64,000 nucleotides of DNA from Candidatus Gottesmanbacteria bacterium (GCA_963701185.1 OY969569.1:923548-987547), one strand, 5' to 3'; counted from the first letter of the stretch, positions 29,718 through 39,889 are shown. The notes: a model not told the origin generated them from the letters alone. Numbers and translations are program-made.

Positions 29718-30619
29718 TTCAGCAGTTTCCAGCGAATTGTGTCTGCGAGCGTATAGAGGGAATACAAAAATGGTTTGATGACGAGGTCAAACGAGCCGGA
29801 AAATTCTATCAATTGAGGATTGAATCCCTGTTTGAACCGGTGAAATCCGTACCATGGGTCATGTACATCAGGATTCGGTCCCATGGCTCCCCATAGATCA
29901 AACCGTTTCAATCCTTTTTGTTTAGCCCATTTGGCGATTTCCCAAAGAAGCAGGGTCGGCGCCATAACCTCGCGGTGATTTCTTCCGGAGGATCCGTACG
30001 GATAATAAACCGTGTCGCCCCACACGAACACAATCCAGGCAGAAAGCACCCTGCCTTCATACGAAGCGGTAAACAAGTGTGCAAGTCCGGCCTCACGCAT
30101 GATCTTCCACATGGTTTTGTGGTAGTTTTTGTTATGCGCAAAGAATCCCTGGCGCGAGGTTGTTTCTTCCGTGAGCCGGAGATACTCTTTGAACGCCGCG
30201 GGGGAGTTGTCCTCCGCAACCATCACATTATGTTTTTGTGCGACCTTTATGTTGTAGCGGGTTTTCGGATGCATACCCGCCGCGAGCTCATCCTCGGATT
30301 TCGTCAGATCCAAAATAAACGTGTATTTAGTGAACAACGGATGGTGTGATGGTTGTAAGTTTATTTTTACCGTTGTGTTCGGTTCCAGTTGGATAAAAAT
30401 TGCGTTTTTTTGCTTGCCGAGAGCGAGAAGTTTTTCAATCATTTCTTTTGTCGGTTTGGGTCCTTTGGGGAAATAGCCGACAGTCCAGGGAGTATGCGGG
30501 ATTTTGTGGAACGTCAATTGCCAGCCGCCCGTGCGTACGACATCAATACCCATGGTTTTGCGGAATTCGCCCCATGCAGGGGTTTGTAGCGGATGCGTAA
30601 TCATAGTGGTATTATACAA
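29705..30619 (-). CDS. FemAB-family aminoacyltransferase, paralog 2
   Basis: TPAWGEFRKTMG ... GDTVYYPYGSSG ... YGFHRFKQGF. Overlaps paralog 1 by 13 nt. Confidence 0.55.
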   Translation of the reverse strand: MYNTTMITHPLQTPAWGEFRKTMGIDVVRTGGWQLTFHKIPHTPWTVGYFPKGPKPTKEMIEKLLALGKQKNAIFIQLEPNTTVKINLQPSHHPLFTKYTFILDLTKSEDELAAGMHPKTRYNIKVAQKHNVMVAEDNSPAAFKEYLRLTEETTSRQGFFAHNKNYHKTMWKIMREAGLAHLFTASYEGRVLSAWIVFVWGDTVYYPYGSSGRNHREVMAPTLLLWEIAKWAKQKGLKRFDLWGAMGPNPDVHDPWYGFHRFKQGFNPQLIEFSGSFDLVIKPFLYSLYTLADTIRWKLLKWKR

Positions 30620-30799
30620 TTAATGGCACGAAAGATGCAGAAACCTATTCCGTGGATGCCTATTGACAGCAGGCTATTCGGATCATTCCTTGCCTTCGGT
30701 CATGTCCGGGGGATTGCAAGAATTTTTTTAACCGTGGAAATGATACTCGCGGTACTTATTGTTTTCGGCACTCTTGCTGTCGTTGTACTGGAGTTTTTA

Positions 30800-32620
30800 T
30801 TATAAAAGCATATCGTCTTCGTTAAATCCCCTGCTGCTATTAAGCGAAACGTTGTAATCCAATATATGCTGGGGCACATCGGCGATGAACCGGGAAATCA
30901 TATTTTGGGTCCTGGTGCCGAAAAACAACCGCCGGTTGGCGAAGGTCATATATAATTTTTCTTTGGCCCGGGTAATACCCACATAGCAGAGTCGCCGTTC
31001 TTCTTCAATTTCTTCTTTTTCCATGAGGCTTCGGGAGTGCGGAAAGAGCCCCTCTTCCATGCCGATCATGAATACGACCGGAAACTCCAGCCCCTTTGCG
31101 GCATGCAATGTCATAAGTGTTGCCGCGTCGCGGTTCGCGTCACGAATTTTCACTGTTTTCGGTTCGTACTCCTGTTCAACCAGCGCAACCGTTTCCAGGA
31201 ATTCCGTTAATTTGGGAAATTCAGTGGCGACAGACCGCAGTTCCTTAATGTTTTCCAGCCGATATGCCTCTTCTTCGACATTTGCATCATATAACTCAAG
31301 GTATTTTGTAACGTCCAACACATGATCAAGAATTTCCAGTGTGGTGAGCGGCACTATTTTTATACTGAGGAATTTTTCCAATCTCCCTTTGCCTAATTTT
31401 TCTATGCGGTGATACGAAATGGTATCTTTCGGATTGGAGATTAGCCGGAGGTAAGCCAAGACATCCTTGATTTCTCTCCGTTCATAAAAGCGCGTGCCTC
31501 CCACCAGGACGTACGGGATACCGGCATGCAAAAATGCTTCCTCCAGTACCCGTGACTGGGCGTTGGTGCGGTACAGGACCGCAAAATCCGCAAATACGCG
31601 GTTCGCCTGCAGGATCGTTTGGACCAAAAAGGCGGCCTCATCGTGTTCAGTCCGTGCTTCATAGAGTGTAATTTTGTCTCCGCCGTGTTTATCCGTCCAG
31701 AGTTTGAGAATGGGGTGCGAGGTATTTTTGGAAATCACCCCGAAAGCGGCGTCCAGGATAGTTTGCGTGGATCGATAGTTTTGCTCCAGATGAAACTCGG
31801 CAACTCCCGGAAAATCATGTTTGAAGTTGACGATATTTCGAAAGTCCGCGCCTCTCCAGCGGTAGATGCTTTGTGATGCATCGCCAACCACACAGATATT
31901 CCGATATCGGGCCGAGAGAAGCTTGCTTAAGACATACTGTACCTTGTTCGTATCCTGGTATTCATCAATGAGAATATAACGGTATTTTTCCTGATATGTC
32001 CCTAAGATTTCTTTTTGTTTCAAAAATAATTCTACGGTTTTAATCAGAAGATCATCAAAATCCAGCGCATGGTTTTTGAAAAGTAATTTTTGGTATTCAA
32101 CATAGACTGTCGCGACCGTTTCCTGAAAGTATCCGCGTGCGTATTGCGGATATTCAGTACTCGAAATGAGTTCATTTTTCGCTTCAGAGATCGTGTGCAA
32201 CACCGCTCCGGGGTTATAATTTTTCGTCGACAGGTCCAACCGCTTCATAATGTCGCGGATTGCATCCAATTGATCCTGTTCGTCATAAATGACAAAATCG
32301 TCCGGGATGCCGATATGTTTTCCCTCACTACGCAGCACCCTGACGCAAAATGCATGAAACGTGCCGGCAAACGGCACGGAAGAAGATCCCAGTAATTTTT
32401 TTAACCGCGCCTTCATTTCATTGGCTGCTTTGTTGGTAAATGTTAAGAGAAGTATGTTGGCGGGAGGGACATGTTTTTCGCCGATAAGATACGCGGCGCG
32501 GTACGTCAGTACGCGGGTTTTGCCCGATCCGGCACCGGCTAAAATAAGCACAGGTCCATCAGTATGTTTGACCGCCGCCTGCTGGTCGCGGTTTAAGTCG
32601 TTGAGGAGGGTGTCCTGCAT
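30800..32620 (-). CDS. pcrA: ATP-dependent DNA helicase PcrA/UvrD
   Basis: LILAGAGSGKTRVLTYR, DEYQDTN, full SF1A motif set. Start MQDTLLNDL at 32620 preferred; ORF-track start 32638 also possible. Confidence 0.85.
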   Translation of the reverse strand: MQDTLLNDLNRDQQAAVKHTDGPVLILAGAGSGKTRVLTYRAAYLIGEKHVPPANILLLTFTNKAANEMKARLKKLLGSSSVPFAGTFHAFCVRVLRSEGKHIGIPDDFVIYDEQDQLDAIRDIMKRLDLSTKNYNPGAVLHTISEAKNELISSTEYPQYARGYFQETVATVYVEYQKLLFKNHALDFDDLLIKTVELFLKQKEILGTYQEKYRYILIDEYQDTNKVQYVLSKLLSARYRNICVVGDASQSIYRWRGADFRNIVNFKHDFPGVAEFHLEQNYRSTQTILDAAFGVISKNTSHPILKLWTDKHGGDKITLYEARTEHDEAAFLVQTILQANRVFADFAVLYRTNAQSRVLEEAFLHAGIPYVLVGGTRFYERREIKDVLAYLRLISNPKDTISYHRIEKLGKGRLEKFLSIKIVPLTTLEILDHVLDVTKYLELYDANVEEEAYRLENIKELRSVATEFPKLTEFLETVALVEQEYEPKTVKIRDANRDAATLMTLHAAKGLEFPVVFMIGMEEGLFPHSRSLMEKEEIEEERRLCYVGITRAKEKLYMTFANRRLFFGTRTQNMISRFIADVPQHILDYNVSLNSSRGFNEDDMLL

Positions 32621-32638
32621 AACATATAATAGTACCAT

Positions 32639-33283
32639 ATGAAATCACTTATCATTGCCGGGAATTGGAAAAGCAATAAGACGGTTAAGGAAGCAGAAAA
32701 TTGGATAGCTACATTTCATGCCACGTGGGACAGTGATACAACCGTTATTCTTTGCGTTCCGTATATGGTACTTAGTTTTCTTGCAGCAAAAAACCCGCCT
32801 TTCTTTATTGGTGCACAGAACGTGTCAACGTTTGGCGATGGAGCCTACACCGGCGAAGTGAGCGCGCGCCAGATAAAGGAGTTTGCCGAATGGGTCATTA
32901 TCGGTCACTCGGAGCGCCGGAAAAATTTTAACGAGACGGATGGGATGCTTGCGAAAAAGGTTGAACAGGCAAAGAACGTAGGATTAAAAGTTATTTATTG
33001 CGTCCCCAATGATAGTACAGTTATCCCGAAAAATGTTGATGTTGTTGCATATGAGCCTATCTGGGCGATTGGGACCGGTAAATCTGATACGCCCGAGAAT
33101 GCCAACGCGGTCATCACAAATATCAAAGCAAATTTTCAGATTGGGACGGTAATCTACGGTGGAAGCGTCACGGCTGACAACGTCGCTTCTTTTGTACGTC
33201 AGCCGTCCATTGACGGGGTTCTTCCCGGTGGTGCGAGCCTGGATGCTAAAACATTTGCCGCTCTTATAACGAATGCGCGATGA
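32639..33283 (+). CDS. tpiA: Triose-phosphate isomerase (short, 214 aa)
   Basis: AGNWKSN, IIGHSERR, AYEPIWAIGTGK, IYGGSV. TATAAT 32625-32630 lies 8 nt upstream of the ATG. Confidence 0.9.
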   Translation: MKSLIIAGNWKSNKTVKEAENWIATFHATWDSDTTVILCVPYMVLSFLAAKNPPFFIGAQNVSTFGDGAYTGEVSARQIKEFAEWVIIGHSERRKNFNETDGMLAKKVEQAKNVGLKVIYCVPNDSTVIPKNVDVVAYEPIWAIGTGKSDTPENANAVITNIKANFQIGTVIYGGSVTADNVASFVRQPSIDGVLPGGASLDAKTFAALITNAR

Positions 33284-34227
33284 AAAAAATTATTGCATTT
33301 ACCTTATTCATTCTTTTCCTTTTTTTAGCTGCAAAAGCGGTTCTCTGGAGTTGGCAATTCATGCGCGAATCCGCGCTTGATTCTTCTGACAGCCGCACAA
33401 ACATACTTATTCTGGGAATTGGCGGTGGGGCGCACGAGGGAGCTGATTTAACCGATACAATTATCGTGCTTTCTCTTAATTCGATAAAGAAAACTGTGGC
33501 ACTCATTTCGATTCCGCGCGATATCTGGAGTGATACGCTGAAGGACAAAGTAAACACTGCATATCATTATGGAGAATTGAAACAAAAAGGCGGAGGGCTA
33601 TTACTTTCGAAAGTCATTATGGAGGATGTGATCGGGATGCCCATTCATTACGCGGCGGTTATAGATTTTTCCGGTTTTACCAAGGTGATCGATGCGTTGG
33701 GTGGTATTGATGTTGTGGTGCCGGAGGCGTTTACCGATACCAAATACCCGAAGCCCGGCATGGAACAATCTGACTGTCCCGGGGATCCGACCAACGCCTG
33801 CGTCTACGAAACGGTTCATTTCGATGCAGGATTACAGCATATGGACGGCGCCCGTGCTCTTATTTACGTGCGCAGCCGCCATGCGGAAGGAGATGAGGGA
33901 AGTGATTTTGCCAGGAGCCGCCGCCAGCAGATTATTATGGTCGCGCTCCGTGACCGGTTCACTCACCCGACGACTTGGATAACACAATCGCGTCTCTGGG
34001 CACTTCCTAAGCTTTTGGACGATGCCACTGACATGGATTTAAATATTGCCCAAACGCTTGCTGTGGGCAGACAATTCGCGTCGGTAGAACAGGATCAGAT
34101 AAAAAAAATAGCCATAGATCAATTATTGGAAAATCCCCCGGTGTATTTGTATAACAACCTGTATGTTTTAACACCACAGGCAAGTTGGGAGGACATACAC
34201 AGCTACATAAAAGAGCAATTAAAGTGA
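33280..34227 (+). CDS. LytR-CpsA-Psr (LCP) family cell-envelope phosphotransferase
   Basis: N-terminal TM, ILILGIGGGAHEGADLTDTIIVLS ... ISIPRD. Confidence 0.8.
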   Translation: MKKIIAFTLFILFLFLAAKAVLWSWQFMRESALDSSDSRTNILILGIGGGAHEGADLTDTIIVLSLNSIKKTVALISIPRDIWSDTLKDKVNTAYHYGELKQKGGGLLLSKVIMEDVIGMPIHYAAVIDFSGFTKVIDALGGIDVVVPEAFTDTKYPKPGMEQSDCPGDPTNACVYETVHFDAGLQHMDGARALIYVRSRHAEGDEGSDFARSRRQQIIMVALRDRFTHPTTWITQSRLWALPKLLDDATDMDLNIAQTLAVGRQFASVEQDQIKKIAIDQLLENPPVYLYNNLYVLTPQASWEDIHSYIKEQLK

Positions 34228-34316
34228 TATTGAACATGATAGCTTTTTCACACGTTGGGATGTCAAAAGGTTAATAAAGCAAAGCCGATTCCAGTATTAA
34301 TTGGTAAATTTTTGCG

Positions 34317-34964
34317 TTATAACGCAAGTCCCAGAAGAAGGATAAGAAGTCCGCTGCCGATGATTGACGCTCCCAGGATTGAAAAACCGGAACCCGAAAC
34401 CGGAATCTTCGGCGTCGGCTGGGCTTCGGCCACCGTGCAGACACAATCGGTTTGTGACGTGCACGATGCGTTCCTGCATGAGCCTCCGATACATACTAAT
34501 CCACTCGTACAGTCGGTATTCAGCGTACAGGTATTGTTACAACCAACCGGAGGTATAGGCGTCGGGGTTGGAGTTGACGTAATTTCAAGAGTAGCTGTCG
34601 GCGAGGGGGTTGCCGTAGGATTGGGTGTCGGCGTAGCTGTCGGCGAGGGGGTTGCCGTAGGATTGGGTGTCGGCGTAGCTGTCGGCGAGGGGGTTGCCGT
34701 AGGGGTAGGCGTTGGAGTGACTGTTCCTGTCGGCGTCGGGGTAGGAGTTCCGGAAGTGAGCGTAATATTAAATGTTAAAGTACACGCTGAAGCTGCGGCT
34801 TTAGGCTGCTGTTGGGGTACCGTTGGGGCGACCTGTTTGGTTTGCGAAAGTCTTCCGCTGGTTAACAGCACAAGTACCGCCAGTCCGATGGTGAGAAGGA
34901 CTACGATAAACAAATACCAGTGTTTTTTCAAGTAATTCATATTAATTCCATACACTTCCGTCAA
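34317..34964 (-). CDS. Secreted/anchored protein with a (TPxPTA)n linker and C-terminal cysteine-rich domain
   Basis: N-terminal [34 protein letters not shown] repeats. C-terminal [35 protein letters not shown]. Confidence 0.45.
   Translation of the reverse strand: MTEVYGINMNYLKKHWYLFIVVLLTIGLAVLVLLTSGRLSQTKQVAPTVPQQQPKAAASACTLTFNITLTSGTPTPTPTGTVTPTPTPTATPSPTATPTPNPTATPSPTATPTPNPTATPSPTATLEITSTPTPTPIPPVGCNNTCTLNTDCTSGLVCIGGSCRNASCTSQTDCVCTVAEAQPTPKIPVSGSGFSILGASIIGSGLLILLLGLAL
34591..34716. repeat. About 3 tandem copies of a 42-bp repeat (encodes the [12 protein letters not shown] linker)
   Basis: gtagctgtcggcgagggggttgccgtaggattgggtgtcggc repeated at 34591, 34633, 34675. Confidence 0.7.
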
Positions 34965-36663
34965 ACCATTGTGCTTCTATCGTAAAGCTTGTGACATTTT
35001 CAAGTGTATAATTCCAGATAAATTGACCGTTCGTATTTTTATTGCTTGTTTCATTCCAGGCTCCTGCGTTGACACGGAGATGGACTTTAGTAGCAGCACC
35101 GCCGGGGGCAAACGCCAGAGTAATCATATCGCCGGGATGCAATGCGGTAAGCTCCGCAGTTGAAAGTGCATTTCCGTCTTTGTACGCGATGATGTTTATA
35201 CACTGCGAAGGAGTTGGGGTTGGTGTATTTGCGCCGCCGCCACCGCAGCTTACATCAGCATGACAGTTTTTGTTTGTCATACCCGTTGGCGTACACGTGC
35301 CATTTTTAATACAGGTACCGTTCGACGTACAATAATAGGGAAGAGCACAGGAGGGAATATTCGCTCCGCTCTTATTACAGCTGGAATTCAACCACCCCAT
35401 TTCGCCGACCGGAACATCACATAGCTCTGTTCCGACACATTGGGATACGTAATTATCAAATATGCAGTAGGGCGTCGGAGTGCCTGTCGTGGTTGGGGCG
35501 GGTCCGCACGTCAATGACGATCCTTGGTACGAAGCATATTTGCTACAACAAGAATTGGCATCGGACACTATGAGCCCGTTTGCTTTACACACAGGGGTTG
35601 AGGTGGGCATGGGTCCGCACGTCAATGACGATCCTTGGTACGAAGCATATTTGCTACAACAGGAATTGGCATCGGACACTATGAGCCCGTTTGCTTTACA
35701 CACAGGGGTTGAGGTGGGCATGGGTCCGCACGTCAATGACGATCCTTGGTACGAAGCATATTTGCTACAACAGGAATTGGCATCGGACACTATGAGCCCG
35801 TTTGCTTTACACGACGTTCCGCACCTGACCGGTATAGAGTAACCACAACTGGTGTCACTGTATGATGAACCACAACAGGCGGTACTACTGGTCATACACT
35901 GGCCGTCGGGTATACAGGTTTGTGTGGGAATAGGCTTAGGTCCGCACGTCAATGACGATCCTTGGTACGCCGCATACCCGCTACAACAAGAATTGGCATC
36001 GGACACTATGAGCCCGTTTGCTTTACAGCCAGCAGGAGTGGGTGTGGAAGTAGAGGCTGGAGGGGGAGGGCTTGGGGCAGGTCCGCACGTCAATGACGAT
36101 CCTTGGTACGAAGCATACCCGCTACAACAGGAAGCAGCATTGGATACTATTGATCCATTTGATTTACATCCAGGCGTCGGTGGGGTTGGAGTGGTACCGC
36201 CGGAATAGGTTGCTGTGCATCCGCATGCTGAAACTGCTTTACAATTTGCTTCATCTCTTAAGTTGCATGTTTTTATGAGGTAGCCTTGCACATAACAGTT
36301 TGGAGGTGGTGAGCCGGTACAACCGGAAAAAGTGGCTGCTCTGCTTCGGATTTCGACTTGCTGCCGCACAAAAACGGTGAGAATTGGAATCGTAATTGCT
36401 AAAATCAACAGTCCCGCAATAAGAACGCCGAGCCGTGATTTCTTTTTTGGCTTTTCCGGAGGAGGTTCAGTAGCCGGCGGCGGGGGAGAAGTAAGCGGTG
36501 GTTCCGGCGGAGGAATAATGAGAGAATCAATACTTGTTGCCGGTGGGGCGGGAGGAATCATGGATTCTGAAGAAGGAATCGGCGGAGGCGGGGGTTCCAT
36601 AGGCGCCGCGGGTGGCGGTGGAGCTGGTGTATTTGATTGAGCAGCATCTAAAATATCAGCCAT
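34942..36663 (-). CDS. Type-II membrane protein with Pro-rich cytoplasmic N-terminus and at least 6 extracellular cysteine-rich modules
   Basis: Module C(K/G)ANG(L/S)[10 protein letters not shown](K/G)[13 protein letters not shown] occurs six times. Single TM ([21 protein letters not shown]). Confidence 0.5.
   Translation of the reverse strand: MADILDAAQSNTPAPPPPAAPMEPPPPPIPSSESMIPPAPPATSIDSLIIPPPEPPLTSPPPPATEPPPEKPKKKSRLGVLIAGLLILAITIPILTVFVRQQVEIRSRAATFSGCTGSPPPNCYVQGYLIKTCNLRDEANCKAVSACGCTATYSGGTTPTPPTPGCKSNGSIVSNAASCCSGYASYQGSSLTCGPAPSPPPPASTSTPTPAGCKANGLIVSDANSCCSGYAAYQGSSLTCGPKPIPTQTCIPDGQCMTSSTACCGSSYSDTSCGYSIPVRCGTSCKANGLIVSDANSCCSKYASYQGSSLTCGPMPTSTPVCKANGLIVSDANSCCSKYASYQGSSLTCGPMPTSTPVCKANGLIVSDANSCCSKYASYQGSSLTCGPAPTTTGTPTPYCIFDNYVSQCVGTELCDVPVGEMGWLNSSCNKSGANIPSCALPYYCTSNGTCIKNGTCTPTGMTNKNCHADVSCGGGGANTPTPTPSQCINIIAYKDGNALSTAELTALHPGDMITLAFAPGGAATKVHLRVNAGAWNETSNKNTNGQFIWNYTLENVTSFTIEAQWFDGSVWN
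35501..36190. repeat. Tandem 111-bp repeats (three near-perfect copies at 35501, 35612, 35723, further diverged copies to about 36190)
   Basis: ggtccgcacgtcaatgacgatccttggtacgaagcatatttgctacaaca ... repeated with period 111 nt. Confidence 0.8.
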
Positions 36664-36778
36664 ATTTTTAATAAATTCTAAATTCTAATTTCTAACGTAA
36701 AAACAAGATACGCACATAACAGCGTTTTCTACGTCTATATTCAGATTAGAGGGTATATCAGCACGAGTCAATACCCTT

Positions 36779-38113
36779 CTATTTAACTAATACAACTGCG
36801 CCTCCGATCATCAACCCGACACCCAATAGCAACAACATAATAGTGGGAAGCTGGTTGCCGCTGGCGGGAACTTCTTGTGCGGCAAGTGTGGATGTTGGGG
36901 TTGCCGATATGGTAGCTATTGGTGTTGCTGATATAGTTGCCGTCGGCACCGGGGTAATGATGGGCGCGAGAGTGGCAGACGGTGTAGCATCGCCCAGTAC
37001 CTGCGTGCCGCTTTTAAGTATTTCAAACATATGGGTAATGGCAACCGGCTTATTCTCCCGATTTTTTGTTGTCATCGTGACGCTTTGACGCCCCGCCGGC
37101 AGCGGTTTTTTCGGCGTGTAACTCCACACACCGCTCGCGCCGACAATCGTGGTATCCCCAATGGGATTGGTGATGCCGATAACCAGTGAGACGGTTTTGC
37201 CGGGGATACCGGTTCCCTGAATAAGCGGAAACGTGGTGGGCAATGCGGCTCCCTCAGCCGGTATAACAAGGGAAACGGTATTGGCAGATTTCGTATTTGT
37301 TGTCCCCAATACTGCAGAGGCTGCGGATTTTTGGGTTTGCGGCGTGGGGACAAGCGTTAGGTTTTTTCCGGGTGCTTGAGCTGTGAGCTTGCGGAAATCG
37401 TAGGTTTTTCCGGGAGTCATAGGTGGAACCGGAGAATCGTTAAGCGAGTCGGTGAGTGCATTCGTAGTTAGGCTGTTGTATCGGACAATAATTGTTTCCG
37501 TCATCCGGTCCGTGACAGGTAAATAACCGGTAAAATCCGCGGTCCTTACGAGATTCAAGGGGATGAGCCATGTGCCGGAAGGCTTGCTGATGGCTGAGAG
37601 TGTTTGTCCGCCCTCCAGCGTGAGATAGACGAGTGCGCCTTTTACCGGCTGATTTGACTCAGAAATGATCGTACCGTATGCAGGTTCCAGATTCCCGCTT
37701 GCGGTTGTGAGGAGTGGCCCTGTGCGTACTTTATACGGAATAGTACCGTTAAGGTTTTTTTTGCCATTGGAAAGAATGGTAAAGTTGTAATCCGTGTCCG
37801 ATGCGGCCGTGCGATAGGTCACACTGTGCGTGAGATACTTCTCCTGTTCTTTAGAGTCTTGCTCATCAAATACTACTTGGGTCCCGCGGGGAGTGGAGAC
37901 GGATAATGCACCGGTGGCGGGACTCTCGGTTATCCATGACACTGTAAACGTTGTATCGGAGACGTTTGTTATTTGGACGTTCGCCGGCTGGATAGATCCT
38001 GAAGCAGTTGTGACAGTACGTACAAAGGATTCGGATCCGGCTGCAATTCCCCCGACAATGAGAATAACCATGAGTATTCCGACGATCGTGGGTATTTTGT
38101 TCGGGAACCGCAT
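36779..38113 (-). CDS. Large surface protein with N-terminal TM/signal, FN3-like, CarbopepD_reg-like and Ig-like regions, and a C-terminal TM anchor
   Basis: N-terminal IPTIVGILMVILIVGGIAAG. C-terminal QLPTIMLLLLGVGLMIGGAVVLVK. Thr/Pro-rich IATISATPTSTLAA linker. Confidence 0.4.
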   Translation of the reverse strand: MRFPNKIPTIVGILMVILIVGGIAAGSESFVRTVTTASGSIQPANVQITNVSDTTFTVSWITESPATGALSVSTPRGTQVVFDEQDSKEQEKYLTHSVTYRTAASDTDYNFTILSNGKKNLNGTIPYKVRTGPLLTTASGNLEPAYGTIISESNQPVKGALVYLTLEGGQTLSAISKPSGTWLIPLNLVRTADFTGYLPVTDRMTETIIVRYNSLTTNALTDSLNDSPVPPMTPGKTYDFRKLTAQAPGKNLTLVPTPQTQKSAASAVLGTTNTKSANTVSLVIPAEGAALPTTFPLIQGTGIPGKTVSLVIGITNPIGDTTIVGASGVWSYTPKKPLPAGRQSVTMTTKNRENKPVAITHMFEILKSGTQVLGDATPSATLAPIITPVPTATISATPIATISATPTSTLAAQEVPASGNQLPTIMLLLLGVGLMIGGAVVLVK

Positions 38114-38117
38114 AATG

Positions 38118-38333
38118 TTAATATTGTTTTTTTGTTTCGATCATTTGTATAACCTGGGAATCGAGTTTTGGAGATAACGGAATGATACTTTGGGTTGTTT
38201 GCGGGGCAACGGTTGTCGTTTTGACGGTTTTTAACACTTCAAAAAATACCCAGAGGGTAACCGTGAAAAAAGTAAATACGGATATGAGTAATAAATCCCG
38301 ATCATTTCCCGGTGAGATTGATGGTGTTTTCAT
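38118..38333 (-). CDS. Small single-TM protein (71 aa), hypothetical
   Basis: ORF between the PilO-like gene and the surface-protein gene on the same strand. Confidence 0.25.
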   Translation of the reverse strand: MKTPSISPGNDRDLLLISVFTFFTVTLWVFFEVLKTVKTTTVAPQTTQSIIPLSPKLDSQVIQMIETKKQY

Positions 38334-38335
38334 TG

Positions 38336-39007
38336 TTATTGCGATAAATAAAACAATTTCAATTTTAGATCAAGTTTCACATCTGTACCAGTAGGGGTTG
38401 CGCTGCCCGAGGCGGAAGTTGCCGTTGCGCGTACGGGAGAAAAAAACAGTGAAGTTATTTGCATGATCCGGCGTAAATTCACTATTCCATTGGTAAAATT
38501 TTTCACATTCGGATATGCCCCGGTTACGGAGATGGCTATCGGAAAATTTCCGAACTTATCGGACGCTGTTGCTTGTGACATTCCCGGCCCCATGCCGGGA
38601 ATAAGCGGGATAGATGAAATGCCTATGGTATTGATTGTCACCCGCGAATCAGCCGCAAGAGCCGAGAGATATCGGGCCGCACGTACGGCGTCCGGCGTTA
38701 CAGGGAGCGCTTGATTTACAATCGGCAACCTCGGTTCGATCTCCTGGTATGCAGCCTGTGCTTCAATAAGTGCTGAAATTTTATCCTCCATTTTTTTGTT
38801 GAGGTCGATTTTATCGGCAATTTCCCGCCTCAGCGTAAAAATTGTCTGCATGGTCGGACGGATTGCATACCACCCGAAAAGGGAGACCACAAGGAACGAA
38901 AAAATAATTGCCGTATATGCACGGGTCTCTGGTTTCTGGAATGCCGGTTCCAACGACTGGTAATACCGTTTATATCGTTTGTATTCTTCTTTATAATCGA
39001 ATACCAT
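38336..39007 (-). CDS. PilO-like type IV pilus assembly protein (TM plus coiled coil)
   Basis: Short cytoplasmic N-terminus, one TM, long coiled coil (LRREIADKIDLNKKMEDKISALIEAQAAYQEIE), C-terminal beta domain. Confidence 0.4.
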   Translation of the reverse strand: MVFDYKEEYKRYKRYYQSLEPAFQKPETRAYTAIIFSFLVVSLFGWYAIRPTMQTIFTLRREIADKIDLNKKMEDKISALIEAQAAYQEIEPRLPIVNQALPVTPDAVRAARYLSALAADSRVTINTIGISSIPLIPGMGPGMSQATASDKFGNFPIAISVTGAYPNVKNFTNGIVNLRRIMQITSLFFSPVRATATSASGSATPTGTDVKLDLKLKLFYLSQ

Positions 39008-39009
39008 GA

Positions 39010-39564
39010 TTACTTACCTTTCTTTGCTCCGAGTGCCGTGCCGGTAAACGTAAATTGTATGCCGGTCGTTGGACTTCGGTTGACATCTCCTATTTCCACG
39101 TGACTGAATATGCGTGAGGCTTGAAGATTTGCAGCAAGATTCGCAAATCCGGTCGTTGTATTGGCAACGACGTCTCCGACAACCATCTCCTCCGTAATTC
39201 TCAGTGTTCCTAAACGGGTATCAACGGGCAGCATTGTTTCGATGGTAGCAAGCGAATTGTTGGTTACCGGCGGAGCTGTTAGAAGCATCTGCGCTTTTGC
39301 CAGCTTATCCTGAAGCGTCCGAAATTGCGTTTCAAAGTCGTGATTGGCATCAATGATTGCCTGTTTTTGCGCCACTTCTTCATTGAGGTCCGTAAGTTTT
39401 CGGTCTAAGCTGAAGCGGGAAATAAATGCCAATAGGACGATGATTTCAGTGCCGATCATGATGTAGCGTCCATACGTGACCGCCCACATGACGATCCTGC
39501 CGGTCGGAGAATGTTCCATTTCCTCTTCACCGATCAGATTGACTTGAGGTTCATTGGCAGTCAT
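39010..39564 (-). CDS. PilN-like type IV pilus assembly protein
   Basis: Same architecture (TM, coiled coil LDRKLTDLNEEVAQKQAIIDANHDFETQFRTLQDKLAKAQ). Immediately upstream of the PilO-like gene. Confidence 0.4.
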   Translation of the reverse strand: MTANEPQVNLIGEEEMEHSPTGRIVMWAVTYGRYIMIGTEIIVLLAFISRFSLDRKLTDLNEEVAQKQAIIDANHDFETQFRTLQDKLAKAQMLLTAPPVTNNSLATIETMLPVDTRLGTLRITEEMVVGDVVANTTTGFANLAANLQASRIFSHVEIGDVNRSPTTGIQFTFTGTALGAKKGK

Positions 39565-39602
39565 ATAACCAGTATAGCAAGCTGGTTACCCCAGCACCAG
39601 TT

Positions 39603-39842
39603 TTACTTTTTGGCGAGGAGTTTGGAAAGACGGGATTTCAATCGTGCGGCTTTATTTTTGTGGATGACATGCGTTTTTGCCGCTTTATCCAGCGCGGAAA
39701 ACGCCAGTATTAATGATTTTTGCGTCGGTTTTTTGCGCATGGATTTGACCAGTTTTTGGAGTGCAACACGAGCGCGCTGTATTTCAGTAGTTCTTTTGCG
39801 GTCGTGCCGCAGTTTTTTTTCTGCTTGTTTGGTAATCGGCAT
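39603..39842 (-). CDS. rpsT: 30S ribosomal protein S20
   Basis: AEKKLRHDRKRTTEIQRARVALQKL ... KAARLKSRLSKLLA, 79 aa. Confidence 0.85.
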   Translation of the reverse strand: MPITKQAEKKLRHDRKRTTEIQRARVALQKLVKSMRKKPTQKSLILAFSALDKAAKTHVIHKNKAARLKSRLSKLLAKK

Positions 39843-39876
39843 GCGGGTAAGTATAACAAAAAAAAGAAATAATAGC

Positions 39877-39882
39877 TATAAT
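39877..39882 (+). promoter_or_regulatory. TATAAT -10 box 7 nt upstream of the murJ ATG (leaderless-type start)
   Basis: tagcTATAATaaacaggATG. Confidence 0.4.
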
Positions 39883-39889
39883 AAACAGG

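Noticed and set aside
30593-30805. 70-aa plus-strand ORF with hydrophobic C-terminus between FemAB and pcrA
   Set aside because: It sits in the intergenic region of two minus-strand genes and overlaps their likely terminator/promoter. No support beyond being open. Left unannotated.
34255-34935. 226-aa plus-strand ORF full of GVGV/VAVG repeats
   Set aside because: Antisense shadow of the TP-repeat and Cys-rich gene 34317..34964. Low-complexity translation of the opposite strand of a repeat region.
35501-36190. Possible CRISPR array suggested by regular direct repeats
   Set aside because: The repeats are 111 nt with no unique spacers, lie inside a continuous ORF and encode a protein module. 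The 42-bp (34591) and 30-bp (43399) arrays are likewise coding linkers.
35480-36208. Plus-strand ORFs with repeated [30 protein letters not shown] units
   Set aside because: They read the 111-bp tandem repeats on the opposite strand of the Cys-rich module gene. No start context, and the periodicity is imposed by the repeats.
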